Origin: Stylophora pistillata
Taxonomy: Eukaryota
Assembly (NCBI RefSeq): GCF_002571385.2
Contig: NW_019218554.1
Coordinates: 5,293-61,327, forward strand
Length of the DNA stretch: 56,035 bases
Direction of reading: 5' to 3'
In this document: piece after piece, positions 21,428 through 30,753 of the stretch
Position numbering within the stretch: the stretch's first letter is position 1
Layout: the number at the start of each line of letters is the position of its first letter
Program-made: the position numbers and the translations under genes
Notes under the pieces: model-generated
Database searches by the model: none
Seen by the model: only the letters and a program-made list of their open reading frames with translations
What the model was told of the DNA's origin: nothing

Positions 21428-24400
21428 TTAAGACCAAATCATGACACTATCTCCCTGACATATGACCCCCATGCCATCCGTATCTGGAGCGGCATTGATC
21501 CCAAACAGAGGGGATCTGTCATATCGTGGATCCCTATCCTCGGGAAGCCTTATTCTAAAAAAAAATTAAATATGCCACAAGGTTTAGTTGATTTTTAGAA
21601 GCAATGTACTGGTTGGAATATGTAACATGAGGAAGGGTGAAAAACTGTCAGGAATTGTCACCCACATGTGCTCTGTCAATCACCTTTCTTCTTTTATATT
21701 TCTTTGTCCCATGCTCATGACAAGTCGAAAGAACATCTTTCTCTATTTATTTACCGAGTTCAAAACTTACCATCTTTCTTTTTCTATTTACAAAGCATGA
21801 TGCTATCAACATTGCTGATCCAAGCAGTATATGCAGAAGAAGTGTCATATCTGAACTATGTAGTGGGTCTAATGCTCACCATAGGGGCTCAGTAGTAGAG
21901 CATCAGAGTGTGTAATCTGAAAGTCTGAGGTTCATGGGGGACTCAGATTTTTTTCTTTGTCCAATACTTGTAGCAAGATGAAAAACATTTTTCTATTTCT
22001 TTAGCAAGCTCAAAACTTATCATCTTTGTTTTTCTTTTCACCTTTCTTTCTCTAGAAAATCGTGACTTAACATTGAATGGACTAGATTTTAAATTTTATT
22101 TCTACCTTCGCAAAGTTTTCAAAGGCTCTTCTCCTTTTTTCTCTCCAGTTTTTGGATTAACAATTGGCAGACTGCACCTTTTAAAGAAAGACAGTTCTGA
22201 TCAATCAAGATCTGTAAAGTCAATCATTTTTAATTTTGCAGCAAATACATGTTCAATGTACTCGAAATCATTACCTGTTGATCATTACCTTTGAATTTAA
22301 AATATATATATATATATATATGGCACTTACAAAATCTTGAAAAGCTTACCTTGCACAGTGGTTCAGGTACCGAAACACTACATCACCAATTTTGATTTTT
22401 CTTCCCCCTTCCCATTTGTCCTGCGAGTAAATTTCAAAATTTTGAGTTTTGAAAAAAGATGATAGAAAGTTAAATCACAGGTTTACCAACTAGACATTGC
22501 ATTAAAATGTCAGCAAGCAATTATTATAGGAGCCATGTCCAATGATAACTTTTTCTTAGCTTTCACATGGTAGATCAAAATTACAAATTAAGTTATGCTT
22601 TGAAAATTTTGTAGAATTATCACCATCAATAATTTAAAAATTAAGCATTCATGATATTTTTATGATCACAGCCATTTACAAAAAGAATGAAAATTGGCTT
22701 GTTGACAAACTGACCTCCTCAAATGCTTTTAAACCATTGATCACAATGTTAGGCCGGAATCGCTCCATTTCCAAAGGTGATGAAAGTTCTTGATTCAATG
22801 AAGCTAAGCAAGCTTCAGCAAGAATCATGTATGGAGCAAAATCCCCAAATGTTGCCTGTGAATTTTAGGAAAAAAGTAAACTGATCCAGCAGAGATATAT
22901 TGTCAAAATTTACATAGCATAATTATGTTACATTCCACTGAACAGCTAAATGCTCAAAAAAATTTCAAGGAAAAAAAAATACAATTCCAATTTCTTGTTT
23001 GTGTTTCAGAAAATTATACATCAATTAGTCTTGCAGCATTTGAAGGTATAATGGTAACTGGATAACAGATTATTAGACCATTCCAGATCTCAAAAAGATG
23101 GCAGTAACCACAGTTACTGTGGTTTAAATAGCAAAAAAAAAATACTTTCATGTTCCATTAGGGACCAGTTATGATTTATTGCATAAGGGGTGGGCCAGAG
23201 GATTTTGAGGAATCACATGGTTTTTCGAGGGGAATGGAGAAGGGATCAGTCATCAACAGAGTATTTAAAATTGACTGCCAATAAGGGTGGGGAGGGGGAT
23301 CATATTACAGAGCCCTAGGGGATCCAGTATAAATTATTGTGACACTTCCATCAAAATCCTTCAACCCCCCTCAGGCCTCTTACCTGGTCTCCAGCCTCTC
23401 CAATATCACTCCATTCATCGTGTGTCCTTATTATGCGAGTCCTGGATAACTTGTACATCTTATACCCAGGTTTGTTCATGTACTTAGAAAACCACTCAGA
23501 GGCTTCGTCACCTACATACTGGCCCTCTCCCTCCATTCCAAATATCCTGTGCAATTTTTTAAAATATTTTACTGTAATTAAAAGGTTAGTTACAAGTTTT
23601 AGACAAAAGATTGTCATGCAAGTAAATTAGGTAAGATTGCCCATTTTTGAATGGTTCTGAAAATTTTTCTTGCACTTACTTTATTCGTTTGAATTCCTTT
23701 TGATCCACTGGTAGCTGTATTTCCATTTTTAACATTTCCATTCCAGGAGCATTCAGGCAAAGATATCTGCCATCCTCAAAATGAGGAACAACCAGTGCTA
23801 GTTTTGGATCTTTACGCTGTGTTATAAAGTTCCCTTTTGGATCCAGAACAATCCAGTGCCTTAGAAAAATTTAATGTAGATAAATGAAAAAACTTTGATA
23901 AAGAGGCTCTGACTCTTCTTGACCCAACTCCTTCCCCCCCCCCCCAGCCACTTCAAAGATCCCCTGCTACATTACCCATGAAAAATGACAACACTTCAAC
24001 CAAACTACATAGCAACAGTAAGAACGACAGTATGATTAAACAAACACACAGAAGAAAACAGCAGAGACAAGAAATACAAACAACAACAACTGAAAGAACT
24101 ACAAAAAAAAAAAAAAAACAAACAAATTTACGTAATTTACCTCCCCGGCTGTGTCCATGATTTCAAGCGCTAAGTATTGCCCGTCCAGTGTCATGTGATG
24201 TCTATAAGTCATCTCTATTAAATTAAAAACAAAAAACAAAAACAAAAAACACAGGTAAACATTTAGAAAATCTCTTGAGCCTATCTCGCCATTGCCAAAC
24301 ATTGTTCTTCGTGTGACGTTTTTTAAAATTAAAATTAAAATTTTTTTGCAATTAAAATTGCAGTAAATCTCGTATCACNCCTTAAGAAGGCCGAAGGCCG

Positions 24401-27284
24401 AAACATCGCCACATTAAAGCTGGAACAGTTAGAAGTTTGCTTCATGTTTCATCGTTGCCTGACGATTGTTTCGCAAGAGGCATGAAACCCAGAGTTGCAG
24501 TAAAAGTTCAAGTAACCTAGATCTTGAAGTATAATTATATATATAAAAGGAACTGGAAAGATGGAGAGTGAGTATTTACAGGGACCTGTGATGGTTCGAA
24601 ATAGTAATTTGGAGCGTACCTGCCATTTCCATTTTGGCTGTAATATTAGCAGTTGTTGATGTCGTAACATTTGCCGTTAGTTTCACGGGGACAAACCCTG
24701 CTTTGGTAACTAACAGCTCTTGTTGGATTGCACAAACTCCCAGAGTCACAAAGTATCCGCTGATATTTGTTTGTGCAATAATGTTGTAGGGTGTCTCCGC
24801 CAGTGATATGTTTGCTTCTGAGAGCGGTATATCATCCTCTGTCAAGACTCGGCCACTCAACACGTGGTGACTGCATGTGCACGCATCACAAGCGGAATTT
24901 AGTGTTCCAATGGAACAGTTTCTTGAGCAGTCTAATCAAAAAATGAGATATAGATCTAACTATCACAATCATATAACTGTTGGGGGTCTTTACCACTCGC
25001 TTGGCTTTTAACGAGAAGTTCTGAGACTCTAGACTCTTCTCTCTTTTTATTCTTTCCTACTACAACGTTTCGTGTCTCTTCTTCCTCTGCTGCTGCTGCT
25101 ACTTTTCTTCTACTTTTAGCAAGGAGTTCCCACGCATTAAATGCAAAAATCACAGACATGTGTGGGTTAGCTGCTGACCGTGGGAGTTTCCACAATGCAT
25201 TCGTTGTTTTGCAAAGGGGGAAATTGGGTAGCTCGCTCCGAAGCACTTGGCGAGCACCAAGGAACCAGTTAAACGCCAATGATCGAGCTGCACATGAAAA
25301 TCACGCGCACAAACAGGATATTCAGTGTGGGTAAAACTCAAGGTCAGTTTTACCAACTCAAACATGACCACCTATCAAACTAACCATTTCCAACCATAAC
25401 AAGCGATTATCAAGTCTAACAAGGTAACAAGAGAAATCTGTGGACTAAGAATAGTTTAAGTACATACTAGAAACATAAAGTCAAGGCAAAAGAACTACAA
25501 AAAAAAAAAAAACACAAACAGATTTACGTAATTTTTTTCTTCTTTTTATAGAATCTCCCAAAATTTATAGGTGTAACCATGATACGTCACCAACGACGGG
25601 AATCCCTATAACTTTGAGTTTTTGCCTTTCTTTCTTTCTTTCCTAATATCATTTATCAGATCTTAAGCAAGTGGATAACTTGAACGTAATCATACGATGT
25701 TTTACATTTGTTGTAACTTACTTTTATTGCTTAATGGGATAATTCGGAGAAAATGGTTGTGAGAGAAAAAAAAAATTAACGTGACTATGAACCCGTCCTC
25801 CGCCAAGTCGTGGCCGTGAGCTATCTAGTTCATGAAAAATCAAAACTGACTAAAAGCAATCAAGAAATCTTCACAGCCACAGCTTGACCGGGTATTAAAA
25901 GTGGTAACCACATCCAACGTCTTGGTAATGCAATAATGCCGAGGTGTCACGCAAGTACAATCCTTGCCTTTCTTTATTTGGAAGTCACGTTCCATTACCG
26001 GACACCAATTCGTAACATTCTAAAATACCGCTATGGTTTACTTTCTGTTTGTTTTTCTTTTCTTTTTCTTTTCACAGCAAATGGTGGGTTTGAGAGAGAA
26101 AGTTACGTAATAACCGCAATGTTGAAGCGCGACCCTGTGGTGAAATCATTTCAAAACAGACACGGAGTGTAAAAATTGGCACAATGCCAGTATTATAATT
26201 ACTTTTTTCAAAATCGATTTTCTGTACTAAGATATTTTATTTGAACCGCTTTGACATGAATTGACAAGTAAAACGTTGCTACTATAAGCAGCAGCAACAT
26301 TTGAGGTCGAAAGAACCAAGTAGTTTTTTGTGAGATATAACTGACGCATCGCAAATTTCAGGTGACTTTATCTTTGATTTCATCGGTTTACTTTATCGTT
26401 ACACATAAATTTCGAAAAGATTTGCGTTTTAAAATATTTGTCTTCCAAAACTACCATGTGCCATTTTTTTCGATACTTCCATTGTCATCTCCTATATTTA
26501 CTTCTATCTTCCGTGTATCCATTTCTGTACGCATGATTTCCTCCTACGGTTGTTTGATTGCAGGTTGCCTTTCGCTGTAGCCTGAGTGCTGGTGTCAGGC
26601 CTTCGCTCTCTTCCTTTCTCGCTTCTCTCTTACCTTTCCCCCAGAAACACTCCCAGAAACGCCTGATACTCAGGCTACTTTCGGTGTTGTTAGTCATCCG
26701 ATTCGAACAAATCGATCACAGCGGATCACAGCGTAGATTACCCCCGCCGCGAACGTTTAGAAAAAGCAGAGTTAAAAACTCTGGAAAAAACTAGTCGAAC
26801 CCTAGCACGCTGAGGAAGCTCTAATCTACCCATACGATGACTTTTCTTGGGTAAGAGTCATCCAGAGTTTTGGAAGGTCTCTAGCCGGTATTTGTGTCCT
26901 GTGTGCAGTGTGCACGGGTGATCGAATAAGGACGAAGGAAAACTGCCTGACATTATTAATTGTCGGCGCGTTGAATCAAATTAGTCGCACCTCTTTGATA
27001 TTTCCGGAAAATGAATGGAGGAGTCGCAAGGCGTTGAGATCAAATGCCTGAGGTAAAGAGGAAATTAAAATTCACCTGTCATACTCCATCCCTTCCTTGA
27101 AACATTTCACACTGTCCATACGGATACCCTTGCAAGATTTCACCGGGTAGACGAACAGACCAGTAACACTCCCGACTTCCTTAAAAGAGCGCTTTTTCGC
27201 ATGCTGTTTCCACCAAAGCACAGCAATGCCCGCTAAAGTCACAACAGGCAAACCAATCAGCAGATATTTGGATTGTGGAACCAT
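21428..27284 (-). CDS. MTARC: mARC (MOSC-domain molybdoenzyme), copy 3 (7 exons, 320 aa)
   Basis: Exons 27284-27076, 23859-23680, 23546-23384, 22855-22715, 22420-22350, 22177-22106, 21554-21428 (963 nt, in frame); VYPVKSCKG, YDRHW, TQRKDPKL, FGDFAPY, RFRPNIVI, CARCSLPIVNP, SPLFGI. Confidence 0.95.
21645..22030 (+). repeat. Two adjacent copies of a tRNA-related SINE-like repeat
   Basis: TTTCTTTGTCC..TGCTC/TTG..CAAG..GAAA.ACAT.TTTCT..GCTCAAAACTTA.CATCTTT occurs at ~21700-21780 and ~21950-22030; the second has a tRNA-like head (GGCTCAGTAGTAGAGCATC..GAGGTTC). Confidence 0.5.
24141..24214 (-). pseudogene. Orphan exon of a Ras-family GTPase (RERG/RASL11/RASL12-like) inside mARC copy 3 intron 1
   Basis: ag|AG ATG ACT TAT AGA ... 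GAC ACA GCC GGG GAG|gt encodes (E)MTYRHHMTLDGQYLALEIMDTAGE, ending at the G3 box DTAG. No other GTPase exons (P-loop, NKxD) found in the window. Confidence 0.8.
24381..24407 (+). other. Degenerate minimal hammerhead-ribozyme motif (Penelope-like pLTR remnant)
   Basis: CTTAAGA-A-GGCC-GAA-GGCC-GAAA-CATC versus the consensus CTGANGA-stemII-GAAA-CGTC; two mismatches; followed by ATTAAA. Confidence 0.5.
24620..24931 (-). pseudogene. Orphan exon of a cartilage intermediate layer protein (CILP)-like gene inside mARC copy 3 intron 1
   Basis: 312-nt AG/GT-bounded, stop-free phase 1-1 exon: CSRNCSIGTLNSACDACTCSHHVLSGRVLTEDDIPLSEANISLAETPYNIIAQTNISGYFVTLGVCAIQQELLVTKAGFVPVKLT... It matches the CILP pattern C..G..N..CDAC.C....L.G.V....P...A.I.L.....T...G.F...G.C (carboxypeptidase regulatory-like domain). 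Confidence 0.75.
26578..26677. mobile_element. 100-bp mini-MITE
   Basis: TAGCCTGAGT...ACTCAGGCTA inverted termini; similar TAGCCTG...CAGGCTA element at ~38327-38405. Confidence 0.65.
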
Positions 27285-27403
27285 CTCGTACCGACCTCGA
27301 ATTCAGACGCAAGCTCAGTCAATGAGGAATATGGGGGGAGTAACTGAAAGGTGCTGGTGGGGTTTTGATTATCAGGAACATGATTGGAGGGCATGGGCGA
27401 GTT

Positions 27404-27539
27404 NNNNNNNNNNNNNNNNNNNNNNNNNNNNNNNNNNNNNNNNNNNNNNNNNNNNNNNNNNNNNNNNNNNNNNNNNNNNNNNNNNNNNNNNNNNNNNNNN
27501 NNNNNNNNNNNNNNNNNNNNNNNNNNNNNNNNNNNNNNN
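27404..27539. other. Assembly gap (136 N)
   Basis: Run of N, about 120 bp upstream of the mARC copy 3 ATG. Confidence 0.99.
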
Positions 27540-30022
27540 GCTTGGAGACCCTGTATTTATCTCCTACTAAATTATCAATTTTTAGAGGGGCAAGGGGTGG
27601 GGGGGGGGGCTGAGTTTGTCAAATGTAAAATATGCCAGGGGGTGGGATGTGGTTGTCAGATGTGAAACAAGGCACAGGGAGTTTCAATGAGACAAGATCA
27701 AGTTTTTCTAACCAACACATCTGATGAGGATAGACAAAGGGAAAGCCCAACAAAGACCATTCCTCAACCAAAATTATTTTGAATTCTTTTCCCTTCAAAA
27801 GAAGAAAATAGCCATACTTTTCATGCACATTCAGTCTGCTTATATGTGAGTTGGGAAAACTGGGTCAAATTGACTCTGGCTCTCCAGTAGTCTTCCCAAA
27901 AATTGTAGAAAACAGAATTCAAAGTCAAGTACCACTCTTTCCAAGTTGTTCTTGCATTGCATTTTGAAATGTTTGACTTATTCAAAGGCTACTATGCAAG
28001 ATTAATGTTATTTAATGAACAATCAAATCATATTTACCACAGATCATTTTGATCAAATTGTCTTTAATGAGAGACAGTAAAATTCTGCTGTTTCATGTAG
28101 ATTCTGTGAAAGGCAAATTGGAACTAGTAGAATATTGTTTCTTTTCAAGGTCAATAAAAATTTGTATTTAACAGGGTACTCCCTCGGTATTTAATCAACT
28201 GCACTTCATTGATCTAGGTTGTTCAAAGCTGAGTTCAGATAATCCAGGGTTAGTTTGAAATCTAATTTCAGATTTGAAGCTTTGAAAAAAAGAATAAGTA
28301 TATAGGAATTCTGTTTACCTAGAAATTGATTAAGGATCTTCTAAATAGATAAAACTATCCTGAAAAGACTTTGGAAGATGGGAGCAAAGAAACCCAGATT
28401 ACAATGTAAGCTTGGATTAGTGTTAATTGGCCTTTAAACAACTGGGCCCAGGAGTATATCTCTTTGAGTGCAATGAAACTATGTTAGAAGGTATAAATGT
28501 ATCAACAAATTTACCATATCTGATCACCAAGTATTATCCATACTATTTTTTGACCCTTAACTTGTCGTCTTCCTTAACTTCTCCCTATAAAACCCAGACA
28601 TTATCCAGCAAACAAGTATTGAGAATACTCAAACTTATTAGCTGGAATTTATCTCGATGTAACGTCAAATTCTCATAACTTATTTACAAGGAACTGTGTT
28701 GTAGCTGGAGGGGAGAATTGAATACCAGATCTAGGGAGTTTAAGGGTTACCCAACAGAGAAATCTACTTGCTCCAGACAGCTGGAGAGTATTTTTCTCAT
28801 GCACAGTTGGTGTGTTGGGGTTAATTAATGGAAGTGGCAAAATTAATTTGGAATGCCTGTGTTCTGATCATTGACATTTCTCTGAAGCAATTGGCCCCAT
28901 ATAAATGGTTAATTCTCAAAAAAGCATTTTCCAAATTTACTTCAGTGTTTAATTGTTAATGACAGGTTCTTACTGTTCATACTGCCTACTAATGTTGGCC
29001 AACACTGCTTAAATCAAATCAATTGGTACACTAGCTATCTGTTTCACCTCCTTCTAAACACAAAACCTGACAAAAGATCAAAACCAAATGTACAACCACC
29101 AAGAATATTAAAGTTTAAAGGGTACTGACACCAAGATAGTAGTTGTAAAAAAGTTCAAGCATTTAGCACACTTTGAAACAGTACTCTTTACTCAAGTTAG
29201 TTGAGTATAATTAGGGGTTTACCAGAAATAACCCCTGAGAAACTGTTCACTTCCAGCCAGCCAATGAGATTTTCAAAATGTCACACAATATCATGACCTT
29301 GCACAGAAGTAAACTTTGAAGTGGCATCAATTGTTAAAATCCTTTTGAAAAATTACTCTATGAGCTTCTTGGCAATAAAGAATCGTCGTAAGTAGAAAAG
29401 TTGCCATGTTGCTAGACCAAAGAGACATAAAATGGAGAAAACACTGAAGTACAAAACTCTGGAATATGTAGATTCTGCAAAGCAACCAGCAAAAAGACCT
29501 TATCAGAACTGATTAAAAGAAAAGTTACCAATGCTCAAATTTGACTAGCATACTAGAGAATGTTCCCAGACAAGAAAGAAACTATAATTCAATTTGTTGT
29601 CTGTTTTCTGTTGAATTTTGAGACAGCCTGGGAACAAAAGTTAGGATGAATGCTCAACACCCTAACATCAGTATGCATATTCTCCAAACTGCTCTCATGT
29701 TTTTCCTAAGAGACTGACAAGGAGAATTTATTTAACAATAAGAGCTTCTTTAGTTGGTAATAATTTCCTCAGGGTTTATGCAAAAGGACTCATTGGCTCC
29801 AAATTTAACCTTAAACCATTTTTTTCCAAAGATTTCAAAATCAGTTTTCCTTACGATCTACATACATTTGTGACATTAAATTTTCAAAACTTTATTGCTT
29901 GAGTTGAGCACATTTCCAGGACTTTTCAGGACCTGTAGTCTTTTCCCAGGACTCTCCAGTCCAGAAATTAGAAATGCATCTGACTTTGTAGAAATAACAC
30001 CCAACTTTATATTGTGTCCATA

Positions 30023-30294
30023 AAGGTCCAGTAATACGGGCAACATTTTTCTTCAACTTTTCTTGCAGCATTGTTGCATTGCAAGTTGAAACCCTTTGTT
30101 GCATGTATTACCATGTTCGTGACCAACTTATCTCGCAACAAAATGTAGTGTTGCAAGTTGAGGCAACGTGTTGTGCAAAGCAGACTCGAGTTCTACTTTC
30201 TGCAACAAATTCTCAACAAAGGAGTTCAACTTGCAATGCAACAATGTTGAAAGACAAGTTGAAGAAAAATGTTGCCCGTATTACCGGACCTTAA
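30023..30294. mobile_element. MITE with ~65-bp terminal inverted repeats
   Basis: AAGGTCCAGTAATACGGGCAACATTTTTCTTCAACTT..GCAAGTTGAA ... TTCAACTTGC..AAGTTGAAGAAAAATGTTGCCCGTATTACCGGACCTT. Confidence 0.85.
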
Positions 30295-30299
30295 TATAT

Positions 30300-30321
30300 A
30301 TTTAACAATTATACCACGAGC

Positions 30322-30358
<37 letters not shown>

Positions 30359-30382
30359 ACGTAGCGCTGAGTTGGCTATAAC

Positions 30383-30425
<43 letters not shown>
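30300..30425. repeat. Palindromic (hairpin) repeat upstream of mARC copy 4
   Basis: AACAATTAT.CCAC..GCGC..GTTGGATATGAGATG..ATAGCCAAC / GTTGGCTATA..CATCTCATATCCAAC..GCGC..GTGGAATAATTGTT. Confidence 0.75.
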
Positions 30426-30440
<15 letters not shown>

Positions 30441-30500
30441 AATTATTGTTTTGTAAGAAGAAACCGGATGTTACAATGTACAGAGATTAAATTATGGTAC

Positions 30501-30554
<54 letters not shown>

Positions 30555-30753
30555 ACATGATCCAGTTTTTGTTGTCACAGGAATTATTTTTACGGTTAAC
30601 CGCATCGAGACCCTGTTTCGGTAAATATAAATAGTTGATTGAAAATTGATAAGTAGCATTCTTCTTTTCTTCTACAGAAGTAACGATAACGTCACGCAAC
30701 TGCAATATTTCTGCCGGACGTGACGAAATCATCCTTATCGACAACATTACAAC

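Noticed and set aside
25330-25372. VVMFELVKLTLSF resembling SLC35A nucleotide-sugar transporter TM2
   Set aside because: Only a short motif; the downstream sequence does not continue the similarity.
23860-27075. Helitron or TIR boundaries for the captured-exon mosaic
   Set aside because: No convincing 5'-TC / hairpin-CTRR-3' pair or terminal inverted repeats identified by eye.
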